DNA of 64,000 bases from a virus (taxonomy: Duplodnaviria > Heunggongvirae > Uroviricota > Caudoviricetes). Positions within the stretch are counted from its first letter, which is position 1. Every line of letters starts with the position of its first letter. The position numbers and the translations under genes were made by a program. The stretch is from the IMG/VR virus record IMGVR_UViG_2684623189_000005, one strand, 5' to 3'. The notes below the pieces were generated by a model that saw only the letters and a program-made list of their open reading frames with translations, was not told the origin of the DNA and ran no database searches. This document shows positions 1 through 8,717 of this stretch, piece by piece.

Positions 1-91
1 CACAACATCCGAGGACAGCAACACCCGATACTTTTTCCTGGCTTCCAGCAACGGGGTTTCTTCCTCCGTTGCATATACAGCTCACCTTTTT

Positions 92-385
92 TCACCCACG
101 ATTAACCAACAGCCAGACCAGCAGACACGCCACCACCGGCACAGCAAAATCCATCAGGCTTGCCACATCCCAAGCTCGCGGATCAAAACCGCCCCACCAC
201 GGCATATTCATTCGCTTGCCATGCCCGAACATTTCAATCCAGCGATATTCTGCCTGGGTATGTTCACGCGCAATGAAGAACGTACAACCGGCTATCGCTC
301 CGTAAGCCCAGTTTCCGGTAAAAAGACCAACCAGTATCTGCGCAGCCACAGCACAAAGCGCATGAAGTAAGGGGCTTATATCCAT
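92..385 (-). CDS. hypothetical small membrane protein
   Basis: 97-aa ORF with 2-3 hydrophobic segments; no recognised family; distal to side tail fibre gene. Confidence 0.3.
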   Translation of the reverse strand: MDISPLLHALCAVAAQILVGLFTGNWAYGAIAGCTFFIAREHTQAEYRWIEMFGHGKRMNMPWWGGFDPRAWDVASLMDFAVPVVACLLVWLLVNRG

Positions 386-397
386 TATTTCCTCCTT

Positions 398-676
398 TCA
401 GCTCCATTCCCGAAGCGGTGTTTCCAGCTCCACGACATAATCAGAGAATACAGAAACATCAAACAAGTCATCAAGAATGCGAATGTTGACAAAATAACCG
501 TCATTCCGGACACAGACAGGTTCTCCCTCTTCTGTTACCCCTGTTTCTGTGTAGGTGAAACCAATTTCATCGACTAACAGTTTATTCTGGAGGTCTTCAT
601 CCTCCTCCCAGTCAAGAGATGACAGGAAGGCCTTAAACTGCAGTTTGTCATGAAACTTCAAAGTTAAATCTTTCAT
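398..676 (-). CDS. hypothetical acidic protein immediately downstream of side tail fibre (possible fibre accessory factor)
   Basis: 92-aa ORF whose start overlaps the stf stop; lacks the usual Tfa C-terminal signature. Confidence 0.4.
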   Translation of the reverse strand: MKDLTLKFHDKLQFKAFLSSLDWEEDEDLQNKLLVDEIGFTYTETGVTEEGEPVCVRNDGYFVNIRILDDLFDVSVFSDYVVELETPLREWS

Positions 677-2739
677 ACGACCTCTTTTAATTGCCTGTCA
701 TTTAATTCTTTATGCCATATGCGGAAATTGCGAATATGGCCAAACAGATGTCGTTCTCCAGTATTCGTCTGCCCTCCAAATCGGATATTTTTATCAGCGG
801 TCACACCATTATATTCACAATAAACTTCATTAACCGCTTTACCATTTGTCACCACATGAAAGTGACCATCAGCTTTTGCAATACATCCAAATGTGGTTTT
901 CTCTGCAAATACATCTGTCGCTGCGCTATTAACATACAAGCCTGAAGGGTTTGACAGACTCATATATAACTTACCACTACCTCTGTTGATTGCTGCAATT
1001 GCTGATTGCCCGGTATTGGCTGCTGCTATATCCCACACGCGGGGTGCGGCGTTTGGTGCAATATCCCAGTTTTTATGAATCTCAAGTAAAAAAGTAAATG
1101 GTAACTTATAAAGATTATTTCTGGTGGGGATACTAACCAAATCACTGGCTCTTGTCGTTGCGCTGCCTCCTGAAATAATAAATGATGATACACACGGCCC
1201 ATTCTCTACTTGTGGGGTGGCAAGATAAATATAGTCACCAGATACTGTTGCCCCACCCCGCTCAGGAGAATACTGTATCTGAGAGCCTATTTTTAACTCA
1301 CCATCAATTGCCTGAATCGTTGCCTCTGCAAAAATCCAGCCTGTGGTCTTATCCTTCCTGACTCGTGCCGTAATTCTGCCGGCAGCCCCACCTGTCATAT
1401 TAATTTCAAGCGTTTGCGTATCAATGTACGCATCGCCAAGAAAAGTTGTTGCACTACCATCATACTTATCAAACCGTATACGTAACCTTACCTGTCGTTC
1501 TGTTTTAAAACGGCATGAGGTTGTCACGTACTTGTTATCGCCTGAGACATCAACTGACTTTGTTGCAGCAATTGATGCCATATTAATAGCCGAAGTTTGC
1601 CCAACCAGAGAATCGTTGCAGACAAACTTTCCATAAGTAAAACCAAAACTATCTGTCCCGGTTTCGGGCACATCCATGTTTGATGACTTCCCCCAGCTGG
1701 CTGGACTTTCCGAATTGAGCATGTAGTTCGTTCTTTGTCCCTCAATAAGCAGGCCATCACACTCAAATCGCGGCTCATTAATTTCCGCCGTTTTCAGTTC
1801 GCCAGATTTGTTGATATATGTTGCCGTTGATGCGCGACTGAAATTAACCTGTTTATCACTGGCGACCTGAACCACATCGTCACCAATAGCTATTTTTTTA
1901 TAGCCCGGAGAAAAACCCGCAATCATATCCAGTGAATCGTTAAACGGTATCCACACATCAGGCAGCGGCGGCACTATATTCGCATAGGGCTCTGCAGTCA
2001 CTTCCGCTGCGACTTCTGCGCGGTCTGCCGCCTTTTCAGCCCGTGTCGCTGCCGACAGAGCCTCATCCTTTTTCTGCCCGGCCTTTGTTGCGTCTGCTGC
2101 GGCCTCCCGCGCTTTTGTGGTGGCGACTCCGGCATTTTCAGCGGCTGACTCTGCATTACGGCGGGAAGCCTCTTCACTGTCTGCGGAGGCTTCTTCTGAC
2201 GCACGGGCATTTGTCTCTGAACGTTCTGCCGCTGTTGCTGCGTTTTGTGCGGCTGTTTTTGAAGAAGCTGCCGCTTTCGCGCTGTTACCTGCATTCGTCT
2301 CTGATGTTTTCGCCGCATTCCTGGACGATGCCGCTGCTGTTTCTGATTTCTTTGCTGCCGCTGCGCTCTGAGAGGCGGCTTCAGCGTTGCGTGCCACCTC
2401 TTCCACCATCTTTTCAAAACGATACAGTGCCTCCGGACGAACATCATCTTCTGTTGCAGCGCCCAGAAAATCATTCAATGTCCCCGGCTTAGAATCCTCA
2501 TACACGGTGATGGCCCCGGCATGTGAAGGCGGAAAACCTTCAACCAGCAGGATAACGCTGTACTGGCCATACTCGACATCCATGCTGTAACGTCCGGCTT
2601 CATCCGGATTTTCTGAGGCCACCGTGTTCACCACAACCGTGGTGCTGTTACGTTTTGCTTTGAGCTGAATGGTGCAGTTCTGTATCGGTTTTCCTGCACC
2701 GTCTTTCAGCACGCCTGAAATCTGTACTGCCATATTCAC
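673..2739 (-). CDS. stf: lambdoid side tail fibre protein (Stf-like N-terminus, Ala/Ser-rich stalk, lectin/LamG-like C-terminal domain)
   Basis: 688 aa; N-terminus MAVQISGVLKDGAGKPIQNCTIQLKAKRNSTTVVVNT matches the lambda Stf N-terminal domain as I recall it; lies directly downstream of the J 3' fragment. Confidence 0.8.
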   Translation of the reverse strand: MNMAVQISGVLKDGAGKPIQNCTIQLKAKRNSTTVVVNTVASENPDEAGRYSMDVEYGQYSVILLVEGFPPSHAGAITVYEDSKPGTLNDFLGAATEDDVRPEALYRFEKMVEEVARNAEAASQSAAAAKKSETAAASSRNAAKTSETNAGNSAKAAASSKTAAQNAATAAERSETNARASEEASADSEEASRRNAESAAENAGVATTKAREAAADATKAGQKKDEALSAATRAEKAADRAEVAAEVTAEPYANIVPPLPDVWIPFNDSLDMIAGFSPGYKKIAIGDDVVQVASDKQVNFSRASTATYINKSGELKTAEINEPRFECDGLLIEGQRTNYMLNSESPASWGKSSNMDVPETGTDSFGFTYGKFVCNDSLVGQTSAINMASIAATKSVDVSGDNKYVTTSCRFKTERQVRLRIRFDKYDGSATTFLGDAYIDTQTLEINMTGGAAGRITARVRKDKTTGWIFAEATIQAIDGELKIGSQIQYSPERGGATVSGDYIYLATPQVENGPCVSSFIISGGSATTRASDLVSIPTRNNLYKLPFTFLLEIHKNWDIAPNAAPRVWDIAAANTGQSAIAAINRGSGKLYMSLSNPSGLYVNSAATDVFAEKTTFGCIAKADGHFHVVTNGKAVNEVYCEYNGVTADKNIRFGGQTNTGERHLFGHIRNFRIWHKELNDRQLKEVV

Positions 2740-2791
2740 TCCACAAATAAAAAAGGCGCCATTTCTGGCGCCCGTATCTGGGTTATAAAAT

Positions 2792-3078
2792 TCAACTGAT
2801 ACTGATACCGGCTGTAGATTTCTTCATCACAACAACAAGAAGGTCGCTGATACTGGTCGTTGGCGTCCAGTTATTAGCACCATATGAAGAAACATTGAAA
2901 GTCAGGGTGACATGGCCGTGTCCGGCAGGCATATCAATGACTGATGAAAATACCCTGCTGACATCCGTCGCGGGTTGCTGAAAGATTTCCTGTCCGTTCT
3001 TCAGTACCTGCAGCTTACAGGTTGAATACCAGTATGACTGTTGGTTGTTGCTGTTGAAGTTTTCATGCTTACCCCCAC
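2792..3078 (-). pseudogene. J: 3' fragment of lambdoid host-specificity gene J (last ~95 codons), split from the 5' part by the Mu-like insertion
   Basis: Manual minus-strand translation gives ...[28 protein letters not shown]...[15 protein letters not shown]...[14 protein letters not shown], collinear with the lambda J C-terminus; in-frame with the J 5' part once the insertion is removed. Confidence 0.7.
3074..3078. repeat. target-site duplication, left copy (CCCAC; 5-6 bp, register ambiguous within a C-run)
   Basis: CCCCAC directly flanks TG at 3079 and is repeated directly after CA at 40289. Confidence 0.6.
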
Positions 3079-3125
3079 TGATGCGCCGCGCGATAAATGC
3101 ACTCTATCTTGTGCGATAAATGGCA
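3079..3125. repeat. left terminal region of Mu-like element with two direct GCGATAAATG repeats (putative transposase-binding sites)
   Basis: TGATGCGCCGCGCGATAAATGCACTCTATCTTGTGCGATAAATGG; resembles the CGATAAATGCG-type motif I recall at Mu ends. Confidence 0.5.
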
Positions 3126-3156
3126 TCCACGCGGCGTTTCATTATTTGAAAAAGAA

Positions 3157-3729
3157 TTACATTTCAGGTTGCGTTATGACAGTCCCAACAGGGTGGTAGC
3201 GGTAGATCGTTGACAGTCCAATATCATAGATAATTGCCAGCCGCTTTCTGTCATACCCTTTCTGGAGCAATCTTGCGATCTGCTCATGCTGCTCCTTCGT
3301 CAGTTTCGGGCGACGTCCTCCAACTCTTCCTTGTGCTCGCGCAGCAGCCAGTCCTGCCAGCGTGCGCTCAACTATCAGTTCACGCTCCATTTCTGCCAGT
3401 GCACCCATCATATGAAAAAAGAACCTTCCCATCGGAGTGCTGGTATCGATTGAATCCGTCAGACTGCGAAAATTGACACCTTTTGCGCGTAGCTCTTCTG
3501 TGAGAGCAATGAGGTGTTTCATTCTTCTACCCAACCGATCCAGCTTCCAGACCACCAATGTATCCCCTCTTTTAAGGCACTTTAAAGCGCGTTTCAGGCC
3601 TGGTCGTTCCGACTTGGTTCCGCTCATTTTGTCCTCAAAAATCTGTTCACATCCTGCGCACATTAATGCATTGCGTTGCAAATCTGTGTTTTGGTCATTT
3701 GTTGACACACGTATGTAGCCAATCAGCAT
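3157..3729 (-). CDS. gin: serine DNA invertase (Gin/Pin/Cin/Hin family)
   Basis: MLIGYIRVSTNDQNTDLQRNAL...GDTLVVWKLDRLGR...C-terminal HTH; start taken at internal Met 44 of the track ORF; adjacent to the invertible tail-fibre segment. Confidence 0.9.
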   Translation of the reverse strand: MLIGYIRVSTNDQNTDLQRNALMCAGCEQIFEDKMSGTKSERPGLKRALKCLKRGDTLVVWKLDRLGRRMKHLIALTEELRAKGVNFRSLTDSIDTSTPMGRFFFHMMGALAEMERELIVERTLAGLAAARAQGRVGGRRPKLTKEQHEQIARLLQKGYDRKRLAIIYDIGLSTIYRYHPVGTVITQPEM

Positions 3730-3784
3730 TAAAAATACTCCCTTTTGAGTGGTTAAAGTACTGAGATAATGTGGGGAGGATTTG

Positions 3785-3808
3785 AGAGATAAACGTTGGT
3801 TTGGGGGA
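3785..3808. other. gix/hix-like recombination crossover site 1 (AAACG-TT-GGTTT core)
   Basis: Partial palindrome at the 5' edge of a ~70-bp sequence repeated at 4299 and, inverted, at 5914. Confidence 0.5.
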
Positions 3809-4304
3809 AGGCTCTGCACTGCCTGTTGGTGTGCCTGTTCCATGGCCCACCGCCACACCGCCAGCAGGCTGGTTAAAGTGCGACGGGCGCGCCTTTACAA
3901 AAGAACAATATCCTGTTCTGGCCAGAGTCTACCCGACCCTCCGTCTTCCCGATTTGCGCGGTGAGTTTATCCGTGGATGGGACGACGGGCGCAAAGTTGA
4001 TACGGGGCGTTCATTGCTAAGTGGTCAGGCTGCAACATTTATTCGTACAGCTTTGCAGGATTATTACGGTTACGATCTGAATACTAATGTCAAAGTAGGT
4101 ATCGCTTTTGCTACTGCTGATTCTGTTATAACCGTTGGAAACCCAGCTAATCCTAAAGCAGGAAATAATAGCGATTATGTTCCTGCATCAGCAGATAACT
4201 CTATAACGGGTATTCAAAGGACAGCGGAGGATAATTTTACCGGGGCATGGATATCAATGCGCCCCCGCAATGTTGCGTTTAATTACATCGTAAGGGCCGC
4301 ATAA
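3801..4304 (+). CDS. promoterless alternative tail-fibre C-terminal cassette (Sv-type, distal copy)
   Basis: No ATG (TTG only); begins GEGSALPVGVPVPWPTATPPAGWL, identical to the crossover region inside the active fibre gene; ends NVAFNYIVRAA like other fibre tips. Confidence 0.7.
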   Translation: MGEGSALPVGVPVPWPTATPPAGWLKCDGRAFTKEQYPVLARVYPTLRLPDLRGEFIRGWDDGRKVDTGRSLLSGQAATFIRTALQDYYGYDLNTNVKVGIAFATADSVITVGNPANPKAGNNSDYVPASADNSITGIQRTAEDNFTGAWISMRPRNVAFNYIVRAA

Positions 4305-4322
4305 AAACGTTGGTTTGGGGGA
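4299..4322. other. gix/hix-like recombination crossover site 2
   Basis: ATAAAAACG-TT-GGTTTGGGGG; direct repeat of site 1. Confidence 0.5.
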
Positions 4323-4788
4323 AGGCTCTGCATTGCCTGTTGGTGTGCCTGTTCCGTGGCCCACCGCCACACCGCCAGCAGGCTGGTTACAGTGCAACGG
4401 AGCTACGTTCACCAAAGAACAATATCCTGTTCTGGCCAGAGTCTACCCGACCCTCCGTCTTCCCGATTTACGCGGTGAGTTTATCCGTGGATGGGACGAC
4501 GGGCGCAAGATTGACGAGGGGCGTAAGTTGCTTTCATGGCAGAAAGGTACACTGGTCGGCGGTCATGACGATAACGATTCTTCGCTGGATATCTCGTACA
4601 TGAGTAACGGAAATAATATTGACTATGGCGGCGATAAGGTGTTTGCGGGGAATTACCGTAGCGATTATTTGTGGTACGCAATTCTGGGTGGAACAAACAG
4701 TCGCGCAAAAGCCGAATTAAACGGAGCATTCTTTAACATAACCCGCCCCCGCAATATCGCGTTTAACTATATCGTGAGGGCGGCGTGA
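4315..4788 (+). CDS. promoterless alternative tail-fibre C-terminal cassette (Sv-type, proximal copy)
   Basis: Same conserved N-terminal crossover segment, divergent middle, conserved NIAFNYIVRAA end; converges on the Tfa gene. Confidence 0.7.
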   Translation: MGEGSALPVGVPVPWPTATPPAGWLQCNGATFTKEQYPVLARVYPTLRLPDLRGEFIRGWDDGRKIDEGRKLLSWQKGTLVGGHDDNDSSLDISYMSNGNNIDYGGDKVFAGNYRSDYLWYAILGGTNSRAKAELNGAFFNITRPRNIAFNYIVRAA

Positions 4789-4794
4789 TACCGT

Positions 4795-5409
4795 TCAGCT
4801 GGCAAGTGCCAGTGGCGCTTCCGGCCAGCTGATTTCAGGTGCCGTGCTGATATCCAGTGCGTTCAGCTCGTCGATATAATCCAGCACGGCGTTCAGTTTT
4901 GCCGTTTCTTCTGGTGTCAGACTGCGACCAGCACGCAGTTTGAGGTTGATAAGATCGACGGACGCCATCGCCTGTTTCACCCGTTGCTGGCGTTGCTGTC
5001 TGGCAACCTCCAGTTCTGCGGCTCGCTGCCGTTCAGTATCGGTTACCCACGCCTCACCGTTCCAGGTATCCCATGGCGTGGCCGGCTGTTTTGTGGTGGT
5101 GTCCGCCGGGTAATCACCCGGTTGGGTAATCAGAACGGGGTTACCGTTCTCCGTGCTGTATACCGTCTCGCCGCGGTGATCAGGCACATGCTCCCACCCG
5201 TTCAGCGTGGCAGTCCGGCAAACCACGTAACCCGAAATTGCCTCCGGCGGTGCATCGGCGCACGAATGTGCCGGAGTACCCACCCCAAGGGCGAGATACT
5301 CCACAGAGGATGAGGTGTATTCCCGGGTTTCCTCGTCATAGTGATATACAGTGATCTCGCCCGCTACAGTGGCGATACCGTTTTCATCCAGAACTGCAGT
5401 GTTACTCAT
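4795..5409 (-). CDS. U: tail fibre assembly protein (Tfa/U-like)
   Basis: 204 aa directly downstream of the fibre gene; C-terminal ...YIDELNALDISTAPEISWPEAP typical of Tfa chaperones. Confidence 0.8.
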   Translation of the reverse strand: MSNTAVLDENGIATVAGEITVYHYDEETREYTSSSVEYLALGVGTPAHSCADAPPEAISGYVVCRTATLNGWEHVPDHRGETVYSTENGNPVLITQPGDYPADTTTKQPATPWDTWNGEAWVTDTERQRAAELEVARQQRQQRVKQAMASVDLINLKLRAGRSLTPEETAKLNAVLDYIDELNALDISTAPEISWPEAPLALAS

Positions 5410-7046
5410 TAAACTGCCCTCACAATGTAATTAAGTGCAATGCTACGGGGTCTGACAGTGATACCCTTCGCATACCCGCTTCTGATAGAGGTCAGAATAG
5501 TAGCCTGCATACCATTGTCTGACATTGCCACGACAGGATCGCTGAATGTTGTCCCGTCCGGCATTTTAAAGCTGCCCTCACGAAGGTCTGTAATGGAATC
5601 TTCATTGTTGAATCCCATGCCGACTATCCCCGAGGTTCCCGTAGTGTCCTGGTTATAATAATCCAGCATTGCTGTTCTTAACAGCGTTGCCCCTTGTGCG
5701 GACAGCAACTTACGTCCTGTATCAACTTTGCGCCCGTCGTCCCATCCACGGATAAACTCACCGCGTAAATCGGGAAGACGGAGGGTCGGGTAGACTCTGG
5801 CCAGAACAGGATATTGTTCTTTAGTGAACGTAGCTCCGTTGCACTGTAACCAGCCTGCTGGCGGTGTGGCGGTGGGCCACGGAACAGGCACACCAACGGG
5901 TAGCGCCGAGCCTTCTCCTAAACCAAGGTAATTGAGGACATCTTTTATACTGCCCTTAGCGATAATAGCGCGACCAATAGCTGTAAGGGTTGCCAGCGCT
6001 GCGCGGTCTGCTCCGGTAAAATAAGGCAACCGATCTGCTGCAGTGGCAAGTCCTGCCAGAGCAGTGAGCGTGGCATCTGCCGGTTGTTTTCCGTTTGCCA
6101 GATCGTATGCAGCCTTGACCGCTTTCGGTGTGGCGGCCAGTATTTCAGACGTGCTGTTGATGGCACTGCTCAATTGTATGGTGCCTTTTGCCGTCAGCGA
6201 GGCAGCAGGCACTCCCGTTATCTGACTCCACGGGTGAGTGTGGCTGACGGGCGCCTTGCCGGCTGCAAGGTCGTATGCAGCCTTGACCGCCTTCGGCGTG
6301 GCAGCCTCAGTTTCTGATTGACTGTCCGTGGCGCTGCTCAGTTGTACGGTGCCTTTTGCCGTCAGCGAGGCAGCAGGCACTCCCGTTATCTGACTCCACG
6401 GGTGAGTGTGGCTGACGGGGGCCTTGCCGGCAGCCAGGTCATATGCAGCCTTGACGGCCTTTGGTGTGGCGGCCAGCGTTTCAGAGGTGCTGTTGGTGGC
6501 ACTGCTCAGTTGTACGATCCCTTTACGGGTCGTTGTTGCATCCTGGGCTGTGTATTTTCCCCGGGCCAGATCATACGCGATTTTCACAGCCTTCGGCGTG
6601 GCAGCCTCAGTTTCTGATTGACTGTCCGTGGCACTGCTCAGCTGTACGGTGCCTTTTGCCGTCAGCGAGGCAGCAGGCACTCCCGTTATCTGACTCCACG
6701 GGTGAGTGTGACTGACGGGTGCCTTGCCGGCTGCAAGGTCGTATGCAGCCTTGACGGCTTTTGGTGTGGCGGCCAGCGTTTCAGAGGTGCTGTTGGTGGC
6801 ACTGCTCAGTTGGGTGAACCCCTTAGCTGTCAGTGTCGCGTCCGGGTGGTTACGGGAACGTACGTGTTCAGCCAGTGACTGTGCGGCTTCCTCCGTTTTT
6901 TTCTTCAGCCATTTCGTCCTGTTTGCCAGTTGCCGGGGGGCTCGATTTGATATCCCGTCAGCACCACCCAGAACCGGATCTGATGTCTCCAGTTGATAGA
7001 TTTTTTCTTCCCACTTTTCTGTTTCATTCAGGTTTCCCATAATCAA
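5409..7046 (-). CDS. S: tail fibre protein (Mu S / P2 H-like) with internal repeats; currently expressed constant plus variable part
   Basis: 545 aa; N-terminus ...LETSDPVLGGADGISNRAPRQLANRT...; repeated KGxVQLSSATxSxSETxAATPKAVK units; C-terminus ends SIALNYIVRAV. Confidence 0.85.
   Translation of the reverse strand: MIMGNLNETEKWEEKIYQLETSDPVLGGADGISNRAPRQLANRTKWLKKKTEEAAQSLAEHVRSRNHPDATLTAKGFTQLSSATNSTSETLAATPKAVKAAYDLAAGKAPVSHTHPWSQITGVPAASLTAKGTVQLSSATDSQSETEAATPKAVKIAYDLARGKYTAQDATTTRKGIVQLSSATNSTSETLAATPKAVKAAYDLAAGKAPVSHTHPWSQITGVPAASLTAKGTVQLSSATDSQSETEAATPKAVKAAYDLAAGKAPVSHTHPWSQITGVPAASLTAKGTIQLSSAINSTSEILAATPKAVKAAYDLANGKQPADATLTALAGLATAADRLPYFTGADRAALATLTAIGRAIIAKGSIKDVLNYLGLGEGSALPVGVPVPWPTATPPAGWLQCNGATFTKEQYPVLARVYPTLRLPDLRGEFIRGWDDGRKVDTGRKLLSAQGATLLRTAMLDYYNQDTTGTSGIVGMGFNNEDSITDLREGSFKMPDGTTFSDPVVAMSDNGMQATILTSIRSGYAKGITVRPRSIALNYIVRAV
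5914..5937. other. gix/hix-like recombination crossover site 3 (inverted relative to sites 1 and 2)
   Basis: CTCCTAAACC-AA-GGTAATTGAG; reverse complement of the site 1/2 motif, followed by an inverted copy of the shared coding segment. Confidence 0.5.
6040..6880. repeat. ~300-bp tandem repeats inside the tail fibre gene (about 3 copies)
   Basis: Near-identical DNA blocks produce repeated antisense ORFs starting at 6318 and 6618 and repeated peptide units in S. Confidence 0.7.
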
Positions 7047-7633
7047 CTGCTCCCGTGGTTATAACTGCCATCATGGATGGCGGTATTGTTATAGCGAATG
7101 GCCACAGACTGATACTCCAGGCTGGCCAGATGGCAGCGGGCCGGTGCAAATGCAGCGAGCGTCTGACGCAGCATCGCGGCCTGATCGTTAGTAATGGGCT
7201 GTTTCAGAATAACGCGATAAACCGCCCAGGCGGCTGCATCTCCATGAACAAACAGTCCGTTATAGCTGCGATTGCCGTCGTAACTGAGACGACCTGTGCC
7301 TTCAATCAGATCCACTTCACCAAAGCCAAAACGGCGGATAACTTCCCGGATTGACCACGGCGTCCCTTTATACCGGTGTAGTTCGATGGCTGCTTTTATA
7401 AGCATGCGGCGAACATCGTCCGATTCCGCCAGCTCCCAGCCATCGCCAGACAGTGAGAACTGCTCGCCCAGCCATGGCAGCGCAGAACTGTCGACGATAT
7501 CGACGAGAAAGACCATCAGTACGCTCAGGTCGATGTTATCCAGCCGCCCTGCCAGTCTTCCCAGCGTCCTGAGACTGATATCACCCTCAAGCGGTGGCGG
7601 GAGTTGTAATGGCTCAGTCATCAGACACTCCAC
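7043..7633 (-). CDS. baseplate protein (P2 gpI / Mu gp48-like)
   Basis: 196 aa; position between the baseplate J-like gene and the tail fibre; family signature. Confidence 0.7.
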   Translation of the reverse strand: MECLMTEPLQLPPPLEGDISLRTLGRLAGRLDNIDLSVLMVFLVDIVDSSALPWLGEQFSLSGDGWELAESDDVRRMLIKAAIELHRYKGTPWSIREVIRRFGFGEVDLIEGTGRLSYDGNRSYNGLFVHGDAAAWAVYRVILKQPITNDQAAMLRQTLAAFAPARCHLASLEYQSVAIRYNNTAIHDGSYNHGSS

Positions 7634-8717
7634 TCATGTTAAGTGTGATCGCCGTACAGTTTGCCCATTCGTTTTCTGCCACCACCCTCAGTGCCGGTGT
7701 CACCAGTTCAACCTGGTACACCCCGGAAACGGACAATGCACTGATAATCTGGCTGGGGACAATATCACGCCCCAGCGTGGCGGCACGTGATGCCACCCAG
7801 TTCTGTATGGCGCTGTTAGCGGCATCTTTTACAGACCTGGCATCCTGATCACGATAGATCGTAATCCTGGCTTCAATGGTGTAATCCACCTTCACTGGTG
7901 TTTTAGCCCGCACTGTATCAGTGAGTGGCCTGACTTTCTCATCAGAGCAGAAACTCTCTACCAGCGTGAGAACACCGCCGTCCGGCAGACCGGTACTGAG
8001 CAGCGGATACAGATCTACGGTCCCGGGAACCGGGGAAAGCACAGCAACATCGACAATGTTGGGATGGGCCTGCATGGCATGAAAGCGGTATGCGCCACGG
8101 CTTCCGGCATTGGTGAATGACTCCGGGGCCAGCCTGATACGCTCCCGGAGCCTGTCATCGTCTTCCTGTTCTGAACCGCCGGAACTGGCCGTCAGATTGC
8201 TCACCAGCAGGTCGACGTTATCAATCTCATCGAGTAACTGACTGACCTGCGCAGGTTGCCAGCCGTTACCAGCGGTACCGGGTTCGGTACAGGTGGACGT
8301 GACATTGACCAGCAGCAATCCGGCCTTCAGTACCACATCTGTATCGGTGGCAAAAATAACGCTGTCGGAAGCGCTGACGCGGGTGCCTGCCGGGATCAGC
8401 ACATCAATGGTCAGTGCCTCATCCACAGAGAACTGAAGTGTGGTGGTGGCAGGCTGCGCGGCAAGGCGGTATACACCAACCAGTTCTCCGAGGTAATCAA
8501 TCATCGGCTCTCGTGAAAAGGCGACCAGATTCTGCTTTGCTGCCTCCTGTACCGCAACCCTGACCAGCATTTCGCGATAGGCCCACAGATCAATCAGCAG
8601 ACGTTCTGCCTGTGCCGGGTACAGCGTTTTGCCGGTATCCGCTTCATACTTCGCAATCATTTCTGCCGTGATTTTGTCGGCATCGCGTTCAATAAAATCG
8701 GGTTCTGTCAGCGCCAT
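7614..8717 (-). CDS. baseplate J-like protein (P2 gpJ / Mu gp47 family)
   Basis: 367 aa; conserved order W-J-I-fibre. Confidence 0.75.
   Translation of the reverse strand: MALTEPDFIERDADKITAEMIAKYEADTGKTLYPAQAERLLIDLWAYREMLVRVAVQEAAKQNLVAFSREPMIDYLGELVGVYRLAAQPATTTLQFSVDEALTIDVLIPAGTRVSASDSVIFATDTDVVLKAGLLLVNVTSTCTEPGTAGNGWQPAQVSQLLDEIDNVDLLVSNLTASSGGSEQEDDDRLRERIRLAPESFTNAGSRGAYRFHAMQAHPNIVDVAVLSPVPGTVDLYPLLSTGLPDGGVLTLVESFCSDEKVRPLTDTVRAKTPVKVDYTIEARITIYRDQDARSVKDAANSAIQNWVASRAATLGRDIVPSQIISALSVSGVYQVELVTPALRVVAENEWANCTAITLNMSGVSDD

Noticed and set aside
6084-6878. Plus-strand ORFs with repeated MTVRGAAQLYGAFCRQRGSRHSRY N-termini
   Set aside because: Antisense to the tail-fibre repeats; the same repeat artefact.
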